From the NCBI GenBank assembly GCA_965242525.1, contig OZ251459.1:2560001-2624000 (forward strand): DNA of 64,000 nt. Direction: 5' to 3'. Shown in pieces: positions 31,323 through 42,000 of this stretch. The translations under genes and the position numbers were made by a program. This DNA is from an uncultured Candidatus Binatia bacterium (GTDB lineage: Bacteria > Desulfobacterota > Binatia > UBA9968 > JAJDTQ01). The notes under the pieces are model-generated. The model was not told the DNA's origin. It did no database searches and saw nothing but the letters and a program-made list of their open reading frames with translations. The number at the start of each line of letters is the position of its first letter. The first letter of the stretch is position 1.

Positions 31323-33848
31323 TTGGCCCGATCACTTCTGCTGTCCGGAATCGGCGTGTTCGAAGAACGGTTGCAGTCATGCGGCTCCCCGATTCGGGGC
31401 ATGGCGGGCTGGATAGCTCTCGCCTCGTTCGTGGCAATGCTTTCCGCGTGCGGCGGCGGGACGTCGCCCGTTTCGACGCCGTCCTCGCCACAACCGCCAT
31501 CGTCGGAGCCGACACCGGCGCCCCCGCGCGCGCCCACGTCGGCCCGGGCGGCGGACGCCACGGTGCGCGCGTTCGCTTCGGAGGTCCGCTATACCTCCCC
31601 TGCGGGCCATCCCCGGCCGGCGACCACCATCTACAGGGCCGAAACCCTGGAGCCTGCGACGAACCCCCGGACCGCCGGTTCCTGGGAGACCGGCGAATAC
31701 AAGGCATCCACCGGGCTGCCGCTGATCCGCGCCAGCACGGGATACGCGGCGCGCACCACCGGGCAGCCGGGCGGCGGAGGCAGGACCATAGCCATCGTCG
31801 ATACGAAGATCCCCGTGGACGACGGCGAGTCCGTCGGCCATCCCGATTTGCAGGGCGTGAAGTCGGTGGACGTCTCGGGGCAGGTAGTCAACATCGACCA
31901 CGGAACACGCGTCGCCGGAATCGCCGCGGCTCGGCGCAACGGGTGGGGGGTGCACGGAGTCGCCTACAACGCGAACATCGTCGGCCTGAGCTCCGGGGAC
32001 GAAACGAGGAGGGACTTCGAGGCGATCATGGCGTCCATCGCCGGCCTGACCGGGAGTTACGGCGCCGGCGACCGGAAATGGGACTCCAGGCCGGAGGCGA
32101 GCGCCCACGTCGGGAACTTCAGCCTCGGCCTGAGGCGTCCCGAGCACGACCTCGATCCGGTCAGGAGGGGGATGCGGCTCATGGCCCGGGAGGGCCGCGT
32201 GATGGTCGCGGCCGCGGGGAACGACGGCGAGGTCGATCCGTCCACCTATCCCGCCATCGGAGTGGCGGACGAGGGCGTCGCAGGGTGGGCCATGGCGGTG
32301 GGCGCGCTGGACGCGACGGGCGAGGCCGCGGCGTCGTGGAGCAACCGGTGCGGCAGGGTCAAGAGGTGGTGCCTGTTCGCGCCGGGGACGGACATCAACT
32401 CTACCCAAGGCGCCTACCATGACACGTCCCGGGATCATGGCCCCAGCGAGGGCACGTCCTTGGCCGCGCCGCACGTGGCCGGGGCCGTGGCCGCGGTCTG
32501 GGGCGCGTTTCCGAACAAGACCGGCACGCAGATCGTCGATCGCATCCTGAGCACCGCCCGGCAGGTGGACACCGCGAACGGCGCTTACGACGCCGACGGC
32601 CTTTCCGCCATCTACGGCCACGGCGCCCTCGACCTCGGCGCGGCGATGAACCCGGTGGGCTTCACCAGCCTGGCGGTGGGCGGCTCCGGGACGGTCCCGG
32701 TGCGGCGGAGCTTCGTCTCCCTGCCGCCGGGCTTCCGGCACCGCCCCACCGCGGCGCTGCGGGACGCCATCGTCTATGACACCCAGATGTTCCCGTTCCT
32801 GCACGACCTGAACGGCGCGGTTCGAGCGCACCGGCAGCGTTCGGCCGCGAGCGCGGTGGACGATTTCCTGTCCCTGCGGCGCTACGTCCGGTGGGCGTCG
32901 CGTCCGGGCCGCCGGACCCGGTTGGAGTTGGCAGGGCCGCAACGGGACCGCACCGGCCGGGAGCCGTGGGACGAGGTACGCGGCCCGCAGTTTCGCGTGG
33001 CGGCAACGCCGGCCCTGTCGTTCCGGTTCGGTCCGAGCTTCGGAGTCCGGGGGGTATCGAACGACTTCGTGGCCCGGCGCCTGGGGCGGGGCTTGTTCGG
33101 GGAGGGGTTCGTGGTGGGGCCGTTCACGGAGTTGGTGGGGAAAGGCGCGGCGCTGGGGGTGGACTGGCGTGGGGACGAGCGCACGCGGCTGGACTTGGTG
33201 GGGAAGACGGGGTCGGGTTATTTCGGGGACGGTCGGGCGTGGCTGGCTTCGTTCGGGGTGACCCGGGGGTTGGGGTCCGGCCTGAGTCTGGGGGCGCGCT
33301 ACGGGGCGTTGCGGGAGCGGGGTTCGCTGCTGGGCATCCGGGGGAGCGGTGCGTTCGGTGGGGCTTCGGGTGGGCGCACGGACTTCGTGGACCTGGGGGT
33401 GGAGTGGCAGGTCGCATCCGGCCCGGTGTTTTTCGGCAGCGTCGGTCGTGGGTTGACGAAGGGCGAAGCGGGCGGCCCCGGGTCGCTGATAACGGGGTGG
33501 AGGGGAGGCCGTGGGGAGTCGTTCGCGCTGGGAGGCGAGTGGACGGACGTGTGGCGTGATGCGGACCGTCTGACCCTGTCGGCGTCTTCGCCGTTGCGCC
33601 CGCGGGGAGCGGGGATGTACGTGGAGGTGCCGGACCGGGAGTTGGGGGACGGAGTGGTGGGATACACGCGGCATTGGGTGGACCTGTCGCCTCGGGGTCG
33701 GGAATTGCGGTTGCAACTGGTGTACGAGACGGACATGGCCCCGGGTGCGGCGTTGACCCTGGGGAGCTTCCTGCGGCTGCACCCGGACCACGACCCGATG
33801 GCGGCGTCGGAATACGGCGCGGCCGCCAGACTGCGGGTGGATTTCTGA
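31323..33848 (+). CDS. Lipoprotein subtilase/autotransporter-like protein, copy 3
   Basis: Lipobox LSAC, triad IAIVD / HGTRVAG / GTSLAAP, terminal LRVDF. Homology to copies 1-2 starts at about 31352; alternative ATG at 31401. Confidence 0.85.
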   Translation: MARSLLLSGIGVFEERLQSCGSPIRGMAGWIALASFVAMLSACGGGTSPVSTPSSPQPPSSEPTPAPPRAPTSARAADATVRAFASEVRYTSPAGHPRPATTIYRAETLEPATNPRTAGSWETGEYKASTGLPLIRASTGYAARTTGQPGGGGRTIAIVDTKIPVDDGESVGHPDLQGVKSVDVSGQVVNIDHGTRVAGIAAARRNGWGVHGVAYNANIVGLSSGDETRRDFEAIMASIAGLTGSYGAGDRKWDSRPEASAHVGNFSLGLRRPEHDLDPVRRGMRLMAREGRVMVAAAGNDGEVDPSTYPAIGVADEGVAGWAMAVGALDATGEAAASWSNRCGRVKRWCLFAPGTDINSTQGAYHDTSRDHGPSEGTSLAAPHVAGAVAAVWGAFPNKTGTQIVDRILSTARQVDTANGAYDADGLSAIYGHGALDLGAAMNPVGFTSLAVGGSGTVPVRRSFVSLPPGFRHRPTAALRDAIVYDTQMFPFLHDLNGAVRAHRQRSAASAVDDFLSLRRYVRWASRPGRRTRLELAGPQRDRTGREPWDEVRGPQFRVAATPALSFRFGPSFGVRGVSNDFVARRLGRGLFGEGFVVGPFTELVGKGAALGVDWRGDERTRLDLVGKTGSGYFGDGRAWLASFGVTRGLGSGLSLGARYGALRERGSLLGIRGSGAFGGASGGRTDFVDLGVEWQVASGPVFFGSVGRGLTKGEAGGPGSLITGWRGGRGESFALGGEWTDVWRDADRLTLSASSPLRPRGAGMYVEVPDRELGDGVVGYTRHWVDLSPRGRELRLQLVYETDMAPGAALTLGSFLRLHPDHDPMAASEYGAAARLRVDF

Positions 33849-33853
33849 GAGCC

Positions 33854-34027
33854 GGAACCTCTGAACAATCGGGACATCCGGGATGGCTTCCCGATGCCCT
33901 CCCCCTGACGCCCCTATCCCCGTTCGTCCTGAGCGTAGCGAAGCGGAGACCTCCGTTCATCCTGAGCGTAGCGAAGCGAAGTCGAAGGACGCGCTCATGC
34001 CCCCTGTCCCGATTGTTCAGAGGTTCC
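33854..34027. mobile_element. Complete MITE, 174 bp, 23-bp perfect TIR, 4-bp TSD AGCC
   Basis: GGAACCTCTGAACAATCGGGACA ... TGTCCCGATTGTTCAGAGGTTCC; AGCC at 33850-33853 and 34028-34031; no coding capacity. Confidence 0.88.
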
Positions 34028-34185
34028 AGCCGTGTGTCGGGAGGTCCCGAAGTGACCTGCCCGGTGGTAGATGGTATGGTATAGCCATGCCTTCAGCCCT
34101 GCGACCCCTGCGGCTCTTCGCCCGATCCCTTCAGCGACGGATCCCGTGAGGGTACGGTCGTGGCGCGCGGACAGGAGATGCAATC

Positions 34186-37100
34186 GTGCGGACCGTAAAG
34201 CAGGCTTGCAGACCCCGGCCAAGCGTCTTCGATCCCACGCGCCGCGACACGGTGCTCGACCTGACGGACCTGGTGGACGGCCGCATCGACCCGGCCGGAT
34301 TCTTTGCCGAGAACCACGTCACGGAGGGTATGAGGACCCTGCTCACCGAGGGGTTCCGGCGTCTGGAAGGGAAGTCGGCGCAAGGGGTTTTCAAGCTGAC
34401 CCAGGCCATGGGCGGCGGCAAGACCCACAACCTCCTGGCGCTTGGGCTCCTGGCAGGGCATCCCGACTTCCGGGCCGAGGTCATGGGCGGTTTCTACACC
34501 CCGGACCCTGAACTCGGGCCGGTGCGCGTGGTGGCCTTTTCCGGGCGCGAGAGCGACGCGCCGCTCGGCATCTGGGGCGCCATCGCGGAGCAGCTCGGCA
34601 GGAAGGAGCAGTTCGCCGACTACTACGCGCCTCTGGCCGCCCCGGGCCAGACCGCCTGGGTGAAGCTGCTCGAGGGCGAGCCGCTCGTCATCATGCTGGA
34701 CGAGTTGCCGCCCTATTTCCTCAACGCGGCATCCAGGAGCATCGGCAACTCGGACCTGTCCGCGGTCACCACCACCGCGCTGTCGAACCTCCTGGTCGCG
34801 GTCGGACGGGACGAACTGCGCAACGTCTGCCTGGTGATCTCCGACCTCAAGGCGACGTACGGCGCGGGGGCCGCGCAGATCGTCGCGGCGCTGGAAGACC
34901 TGGAGGCCGAGACCGGCCGCACCGCCATGAACCTGGAGCCCGTCCGCATGAACACGGACGAGTTCTACCACATCCTCCGCAAGCGCATCTTCGAGGCGCT
35001 GCCGGACGAGGCGGAGGTCCATGAGGTGGCGCAGGGCTACGCCAAGGCGGTGCGCGAAGCGAAGCAGATGGACGTGACGAACGCCTCGCCCGAGCGGTTC
35101 GCCGCGCAGGTCGCCGAGTCGTACCCCTTCCATCCGGCCATCCGCGACCTCTATGGCCGCTTTCGGGAGAACCAGGGTTTCCAGCAGACCCGCGGGCTGA
35201 TTCGCCTGATGCGGATCGTCGTGTCGCGGATCTGGGATACCGGCCATGACCCCCACCTCGTCGCCGCCCACGACGTGGACCTGGAGAGCCGCGAGACCCT
35301 CACCGAGATCAACCAGATCAACCCGACCCTCGAGAACGCCATCGCCCACGACATCGCGTCGGGCGGCGCCGCCGTGGCCGAGACCATCGACGCCAACCTG
35401 GGAGGCGGCGAGGACGCCCGGGACGTCATGCGGCTGCTCCTGGTCGCTTCGCTGGCGAACGTCCCGAACGCCGTCAAGGGGCTCGCCGTCCCCGAGATCG
35501 TCGCCAACCTGTGCGCGCCCGGGCGAGACCTCTCCAAGCTCCAGAACGAGGTGGTCGCGCGCCTCGCGACCGCGGCCTGGTACCTGCACACGACCAACGA
35601 CGGGCGTCTGCACCTGCGCAACGTGCAGAACCTCATCGCCCGCGTGACCACCACCGCGGGCGCCTACCTCCGCGACCAGGCCACGAAGGAGCTCAAGGAA
35701 CGGCTGACGGAGATCTTCGATCCGGTCGAGGCCTCCTGCTACCAGCGCCTGCAACCGCTCCCGGCCGTGGACGAGATCGACGTCCAGCCCGACCGGGTGA
35801 CGCTGGTGGTGACCGAGCCGCATCCGGCGGGCCTGCACCCGGACCTTGCCATCCTGTACGATCAACTCACCTACCGGAACCGCATCTGTTTCCTGACCGG
35901 GCAGCGGGCCTTCGGCTCACTGCTGGAACGCGCGCGGGAGTTGAAGGCCATCAACCAGATCATCGGCGAGATGCAGGAGGAAGGCGTGGCCGATGGCGAC
36001 CCGCAGATGCAACAAGCTCGGGACCAGCTTATGCCGCGCTTCCTCGCCCAGTTCCACAGCGCCGTCCGGGAAACTTTCACCACGCTATACTACCCCACCA
36101 AGGACCGGCTGGCGAAGGTGGACTTTCTCATGGAGTTCAAGGAGAACCGCTACGATGGCGAAGAACAGGTGAGGGAGGCGCTCGCGGACCGGCAGAAGTA
36201 CACCACGGACGTCGCGAGCGAGAACTTTCGCAAGAAGCTGGAAGCCCGGCTGTTCACCCAGAAGTCCATGTTGTGGACGGAGGTCGTGCGCCGGGCCGCG
36301 GCCAACCCCGTGTGGCAGTGGCACCATCCCGACGCCCTCGACCGGATGAAGCAGGACTGCCTGCACAAGGACCTCTGGCGGGAGGAGGGGAGCTACGTCG
36401 ACAAGGGACCCTTCCCAAAGCCCACGACCAGCGTGCGCATCCGGGAGCTGTCCCGCGACGAGGACACCGGAGCGGTGAAGCTGCGGCTCGCTCCCGCCAA
36501 CGCCGACCGGCTCCATGCAGAGTTCGGCGGCGCGGCGACCCGGGCTTCGATGGCGGTGGAGGGAGCGGATTTCGAGACCGCGGAGCTTCGCGTTTCCTTC
36601 CTCGCAGTGGACTCCGGGGGCGAGCATGACACCGGGGAGCCAGTGGAGTGGTCGAACCGTATCACATTGAAGTCGCGCGAGTACCCGGACGGCGACCGAC
36701 GTATGGTCGAGCTCCGCTCGGCTCCGGAAGCGCCCATCCGCTACACCACGGACGGCTCCGACCCGAAGGTCAACGGCGGCGCCTATGAAGGGCCGTTCGC
36801 GGCGCCGGAGGGCGTCCGCCTGGTGCTCGCGGTCGCAGAAAAGGATGGAATCGCTTCCGAGGTCCACCGGCGCGACATAGCCGACAGACAGGAGGCCAAG
36901 CCCATCGACAAGAGCCGTCCCGCGGTGTGGCGTCCGTCCGGAGGGTTCTCGTTCCAGGCCACCCGCAGCGCCTACGGCTTCATCAACCGGTTGAAGAAGC
37001 ACGAAGCCTCCGCGGGCGGACTGCGCTTCGCGGCCCAGGCCGGCGGGACTTGGGGCGAGGTCATCCTCTCCGACGACGTGGAGTTGGGCGGCGACCGGGT

Positions 37101-37251
37101 AGAGCAGACGGTCGAGCAACTCAGGGGGCTCGTGCCCGACGGCGAAGTCTCCGTCGAGGCGAAGCTCGTGCGCTACGACACGGGCCAGCGTTTCCTGGAC
37201 TGGGTGGCGGAGACCCGGGCGGAATACGACCGCGACGACGTGGAGCCTTGA
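34186..37251 (+). CDS. DUF499 AAA+ ATPase of a Gao_RL-type restriction-like system
   Basis: FFAENHVTEGM, Walker A MGGGKTH, LDELPPY, YPFHP, FQQTRG; C-terminal Fn3-associated-like IRYTTDGSDP. Confidence 0.88.
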   Translation: MRTVKQACRPRPSVFDPTRRDTVLDLTDLVDGRIDPAGFFAENHVTEGMRTLLTEGFRRLEGKSAQGVFKLTQAMGGGKTHNLLALGLLAGHPDFRAEVMGGFYTPDPELGPVRVVAFSGRESDAPLGIWGAIAEQLGRKEQFADYYAPLAAPGQTAWVKLLEGEPLVIMLDELPPYFLNAASRSIGNSDLSAVTTTALSNLLVAVGRDELRNVCLVISDLKATYGAGAAQIVAALEDLEAETGRTAMNLEPVRMNTDEFYHILRKRIFEALPDEAEVHEVAQGYAKAVREAKQMDVTNASPERFAAQVAESYPFHPAIRDLYGRFRENQGFQQTRGLIRLMRIVVSRIWDTGHDPHLVAAHDVDLESRETLTEINQINPTLENAIAHDIASGGAAVAETIDANLGGGEDARDVMRLLLVASLANVPNAVKGLAVPEIVANLCAPGRDLSKLQNEVVARLATAAWYLHTTNDGRLHLRNVQNLIARVTTTAGAYLRDQATKELKERLTEIFDPVEASCYQRLQPLPAVDEIDVQPDRVTLVVTEPHPAGLHPDLAILYDQLTYRNRICFLTGQRAFGSLLERARELKAINQIIGEMQEEGVADGDPQMQQARDQLMPRFLAQFHSAVRETFTTLYYPTKDRLAKVDFLMEFKENRYDGEEQVREALADRQKYTTDVASENFRKKLEARLFTQKSMLWTEVVRRAAANPVWQWHHPDALDRMKQDCLHKDLWREEGSYVDKGPFPKPTTSVRIRELSRDEDTGAVKLRLAPANADRLHAEFGGAATRASMAVEGADFETAELRVSFLAVDSGGEHDTGEPVEWSNRITLKSREYPDGDRRMVELRSAPEAPIRYTTDGSDPKVNGGAYEGPFAAPEGVRLVLAVAEKDGIASEVHRRDIADRQEAKPIDKSRPAVWRPSGGFSFQATRSAYGFINRLKKHEASAGGLRFAAQAGGTWGEVILSDDVELGGDRVEQTVEQLRGLVPDGEVSVEAKLVRYDTGQRFLDWVAETRAEYDRDDVEP

Positions 37252-37919
37252 GCGTGGAAACCCGTTCCAAGCCGCTGGGGTTCGGTTTCCGGCCCGAAGA
37301 GTCGGAGCACCACTTCGTGGTGACCGTGCCTTCGAGGAGCCGTGAAGACGTCCTCGTCGCCGAGTACCTGCGCTTCGACCCGGCGACGGGCTACGGGCCT
37401 CCCTCGCTCGGAGTCGGCCCCCATGATTCCAGGCTACGGGCCGCGCTGCCGCGCGCCAAGTGGGACGCCATCGCCGACGAGGCGCGCGTCGAGTTCAACC
37501 GCCGGCTCAAGAAGCAGGGCCTGCCGCCGGGACGCTGGAAGCGGGGCGACACCCCGGTCGCCCGCCTGCTGGGCAAGGAGCTGACGCTCCTCGCCTGGGC
37601 GGTGGAAGACGCCGACCCGGCGCTCATCCCCCCCGCGCTCAAGAACTGGCTGGGGCTCGCGCCCGAAGAACGGTGGTGGCTGTTCACCATGACCAACGCC
37701 GCCACCGGCCACGCCCTGCACGGCAGGAACAAGGGCTGGCGCAAGGCGGTGCGTTTCGCCCTCACCGAGAACCCGGTGACCGGCGACCGCCAGGAGCGCC
37801 AGAGCGACATCTTCCGGCTGGTGGCCGCGGAGGAGCGTTCGGACCCCCCGCGCCGGGACCGGAGCCGGGAGGACGCCGCGCCGCGCAGGGCGGTTGCGGC
37901 GGGCCGCGGCGGGGCGTGA
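37248..37919 (+). CDS. DUF3780 protein
   Basis: GFGFRP...HHF, FNRRLK, LLGKEL.LLAWA.E, NWLGLAPEERWWL, GWRKA; TTGA overlap with the DUF499 gene. Confidence 0.85.
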   Translation: MSVETRSKPLGFGFRPEESEHHFVVTVPSRSREDVLVAEYLRFDPATGYGPPSLGVGPHDSRLRAALPRAKWDAIADEARVEFNRRLKKQGLPPGRWKRGDTPVARLLGKELTLLAWAVEDADPALIPPALKNWLGLAPEERWWLFTMTNAATGHALHGRNKGWRKAVRFALTENPVTGDRQERQSDIFRLVAAEERSDPPRRDRSREDAAPRRAVAAGRGGA

Positions 37920-38023
37920 GGCGCCCGATGCCAAGCAGCGCGGAGATGCGTTCCTTCGAGGCAGCTTGAAGCATTGCCGTCAATCTGCAATCATAACGCT
38001 CTCCATTCGCAGGAGTTCAGGCC

Positions 38024-38260
38024 ATGGCCAACGTAACCGTACGCAACATCGACGACGACGTGATCGCCTCCCTCAAGGCGCAAGCAAAGGCGCACCACCG
38101 GTCCCTGGAGGGCGAGATCCGTCATCTCCTGGCAACGCACGTTTCGCGGCGAACGCGGATGGCAGGCTTCCGCGACCGCACGGCGCACCTCAGCGCCCAA
38201 ACCGAAGACCGCCCTCAAACCGATAGCGTCGTTCTCCTGCGCGAGGACCGGGATCGTTGA
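38024..38260 (+). CDS. Ribbon-helix-helix (Arc/FitA-like) antitoxin
   Basis: MANVTVRNIDDDVIASLKAQAKAHHRSLEGEIR...DSVVLLREDR; AGGAG RBS. Confidence 0.88.
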   Translation: MANVTVRNIDDDVIASLKAQAKAHHRSLEGEIRHLLATHVSRRTRMAGFRDRTAHLSAQTEDRPQTDSVVLLREDRDR

Positions 38261-39084
38261 AGCTGATCGTTGACGCCAGCATCGCGGTCAAGTGGTTCTT
38301 CACGGAATCCCATACGGCCGAGGCCCGACGGCTTCTGGCGCACCGCATCGTCTTGCATGCCCCCAGCCTCATACTCACGGAGGCGGCCAACGTGATATGG
38401 AAGAAGGCGCGGCGCAAGGAAATACCGGACGCGCAGCCCTACCTTGCCGAGCTTGTCGCTCTTTCGGACGTGGTGACACTGCGTCCGTCCGCGGACCTCA
38501 TCGTGCCGGCAATGACCATTGCCCTGGCGCTCGACCACCCCATCTACGACTGTCTCTATCTCGCGTGCGCCGAAGCCGAAGGCGTGCCGCTCGTTACCGC
38601 GGACAAGAAGCTGCGAGAGGCTGCCGCACGCAACTCCGTGGATGTCTGGTACATCGGTGACGAAGACGCCAACCAGCGCATTGACGCCGCGGCCAACGGC
38701 TTGGTCATTCCGGAAGACAAACTCCGAGAGCTGATCGCAGCCTACGCAAACTTCCGTGACACCGCGGATTCCGTGATAGAAACCGTTCCCCTCCGTGGCC
38801 GACGGGTCAGGATATTGAGCAAGGAAGACCGGGACCGCTACCTCGACACTCCCGCTTATCGCCGCCTGGTCAATCTCCTCACGGAACTCTCTTACGACGA
38901 ACGCATCGACCTGATGGCCCTCGGGTGGCTGGGTCGGGGGTCCGGTTCCTGGGCTTCGTTGCTTGAACATGCCTACAAATCGGGAATAAACGATACATAC
39001 ACGAAGCATGTCCACTACGAAGCGGGTCTCGGCTTCTACTGGCAGAAGGGGATCGACCGGCTACGCAAGGCGCAACCAGCGTGA
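38257..39084 (+). CDS. vapC: VapC/PIN toxin fused to a DUF3775-like C-terminal domain
   Basis: LIVDASIAVKW, LTEAAN, IYDCLYLACA, LVTADKKL; extra ~135 aa containing LSYDERIDLMALGWLGRG. Confidence 0.8.
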   Translation: MKLIVDASIAVKWFFTESHTAEARRLLAHRIVLHAPSLILTEAANVIWKKARRKEIPDAQPYLAELVALSDVVTLRPSADLIVPAMTIALALDHPIYDCLYLACAEAEGVPLVTADKKLREAAARNSVDVWYIGDEDANQRIDAAANGLVIPEDKLRELIAAYANFRDTADSVIETVPLRGRRVRILSKEDRDRYLDTPAYRRLVNLLTELSYDERIDLMALGWLGRGSGSWASLLEHAYKSGINDTYTKHVHYEAGLGFYWQKGIDRLRKAQPA

Positions 39085-42000
39085 ACACCTCTCCAACCTT
39101 CATCGAAACGCAGTTTCCCGTTTCGCGGCTGTCGAAGGAAAGCTACAAGGAGCGCAAGGCGAACTACAGCCAGACCCTGACCGGGCTCGGCAAGTGGTGG
39201 GGCCGCAAGCCGCTGGTGATGGTGCGGGCGATCATCCTCGGGCTGCTGATGCCCGCCTCGGACGATCCCCGGAAGGACCGGGACGTGTTCCTTGCGCTCC
39301 TGACGATGGACGAGGAAGGGCTGTGGCGGCGGAAGAACGGCAACATTCCGCTCAAGGAAGTGTATGGGCGGCTGTCGCCGGAGGAGCGGGCCGAGTGGTT
39401 TACCCATGACGCCGAACCTGACCGTCCCCGGCTCCGGAAGGGCACGAAAGCCGCGGATCGAGCGCGCCTGCAACGCATGGTCTTCGAGCGCATGGGCTAT
39501 GACGAGAAGCTCAAGTTGTGCGACCGGCCCGAGCACCTGGAAGGACCGTCCCCAGACGCCTGGAACGCCATCAACCGGCATCTGGGTACGGAGGCAGCCA
39601 GCCTGCCCGAGCTGGTGCGGGAGTTGGGCAAGCGCCGTTTCGGGCGCGTGCCGCGGGTGGGGGATGCGTTTTGCGGGGGCGGCAGCGTGCCTTTCGAGGC
39701 GGCCCGGCTCGGTTGCGAAGCCTATGGCTCCGACCTGAACCCGGTGGCCGCCCTGCTCACCTGGGGCGCGCTGAACATCGTCGGCGGCGGGGAGGATGTC
39801 GCCGAACGGATCCGGGCGGCGCAAACCGAGGTATTCGAAGCGGTGGACCGCCAAGTCACGGAATGGCGCATCGAGCACGACGAGGCCGGCTGGCGGGCCG
39901 ACGCCTTCCTCTACTGCACGGAGACCGCCTGCCCCGAATGCGGCTGGCGCGTGCCGCTCGCGCCGAGCTGGGTCATCGGCGAGAAGACGCGAGCCGTTGC
40001 GCGGCTGACGCCCGAGCCCGCGGAAAGGCGCTTCGCCATCGACGTCCGTTCGGGTGTTGGCCGGGAAGCGCTTGCCGCCGCCCGCAACGCCGGTACCGTG
40101 CGGCAGTCGCGGCTGGAATGTCCCAACCCCGCTTGCAACGCATCCACGCCCATGACCGCCATCCGCGGCGACCGGCGCGGGGACGGCGGACGCGGCCACG
40201 GGCTGCGGCAATGGGAGAACGACGACCTCGTGCCTCGGCCGGACGACGTGTTCCAGGAACGGCTGTACTGCGTGCGCTGGCGCCTCCCGTCCCTCGCCGC
40301 GCTGCTGTGGATGGAGCAGCGGTTGCGGGCGGCTGGCCGGCTTGAAGATGGGGCGGGCGGGAGGCCCGTGCCCCGGACGGGCACGCCGGTCCCGGGACAC
40401 TTGGATTCCCGCTTGCGCGGGAATGACGGAGGGGGCGGGATGTCCGTGTTCGACCAGGACATGCCGGGCCCAGAGGGGTTGCGACGGGAGGCTCCGGCGG
40501 GCGGGGTGACTGCCGTGCTGGAAGGCGCCCGGCGGAACTTTCATGCGGGCGAGACGCCCGCGTTCCCAGGAAGCGACCCTTCGCCAGCCGGCGGGATGCC
40601 CGCATTCCCAGGAAGCGAACCTTCGCTAGCCGGCGGGATCCCCGCGTTCCCAGAGGCGCCTCTCAGCCGTCATTCCCGCGAAAGCGGGAATCCAGAGACG
40701 CCCGTGCCCCGGGGGAGCACGCCGATCCCAGGAGCGTCCGGGATGCCGGATGTTGCACGGCGGGACGCTCATACAGGCGAGATGCCCGCGCTCCGAAGGA
40801 GCGCGCCAGTCCCAGGAGGGTTGCGCCGGGATGTTCGTGCGGAAGGGATGCTCGCGTTTCCGGACGCTTCACCGCCGCCCGTGCCGGAGTGGGTGGACCT
40901 CGAATGCGCGATTGCGGCCCTGGTCGAACGACTCGAAGCCGACGAGCAACGCGAAGTCGCGAAGCTGCGCAAGCGCGACTGGCCGGCCGAAGACCGCGCA
41001 GTCGAGGAGGCGCAACGCGAGTTCGAGGCCAAGAAGAGCGCGGGTTGCCCGAAGCGTGAACTGACGGCGGCGGCGCAACGGCTCAGGAAGGCGAGGGAGG
41101 CGGCGGACCGGAGAAAGGATCGAGTCGAGGCGCTTGCGAAGTCGCTCCCGGCAGCGCTGTACCGGGCCGTCGATGACGCCGATCTGGAGCGGGAAGCGTC
41201 GGCGCTCACCCTGCTTCGAGAGCGCTTCCCGGAGTGGCAGGCGCTCGGGTACGTCCCGAGCCGGGCGATCACCCCGGGTGCCAAGACGGACGAACCAATC
41301 CGGACACGCGGCTGGACGCACTGGCATCATCTGTTCACCTCGCGACAGCTCCTGGTCCACGGATCACTGGCCGAGAAGTCGGAGACGTTATCGGATGCCG
41401 CGGTGTCCGGCGCCGCCTGCCTCCTCGGACTCGGACGCGCCGCCGACTGGAACAGCAAGCTCTCGCGTTGGTGGACTGACGCAGCGCATGAGAAAGTCAT
41501 TCAAACCTTCAGTAATCAGGCGCTGAATACGCTGATGACCTTCGGCAGCCGGGGCATTCACGCACTGGCCGACTCATGGTTTCTCAAGCCGAGCGACGCT
41601 TCGGTTCATGGACCGTACACCTTGCAGACGACGGACGCGCGCGCCATCGATCGTCGTGCGGAGATCTGGATCACGGACCCGCCCTACGCGGACGCCATCA
41701 ACTACCACGAGCTGTCCGAATTCTTCCTCGCTTGGTACGAAAAAAGGCTGCCGGCCCTGTTCCGGGACTGGTACTCCGACAGCAAGCGCGCCCTCGCCGT
41801 TCGCGGCGCGGACGCCGACTTCCGGCGCAGCATGGTGGACTGCTACCGGAATCTCGCGGCCCACATGCCGGATGACGGCCTCCAGGTCGTCATGTTCACC
41901 CACCAGGACGCATCGATCTGGGCCGACCTCACCCTCATTCTCTGGGCCGCCGGCTTGCGCGTGACCGCGGCATGGACCGTCGCGACGGAGACGCCGTTCG

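Noticed and set aside
24085-33848. Subtilases as IetS-like defence proteases or DGR targets
   Set aside because: They have lipoboxes and a terminal Phe (exported) and no coupled AAA ATPase. There is no reverse transcriptase, and differences are not adenine-specific.
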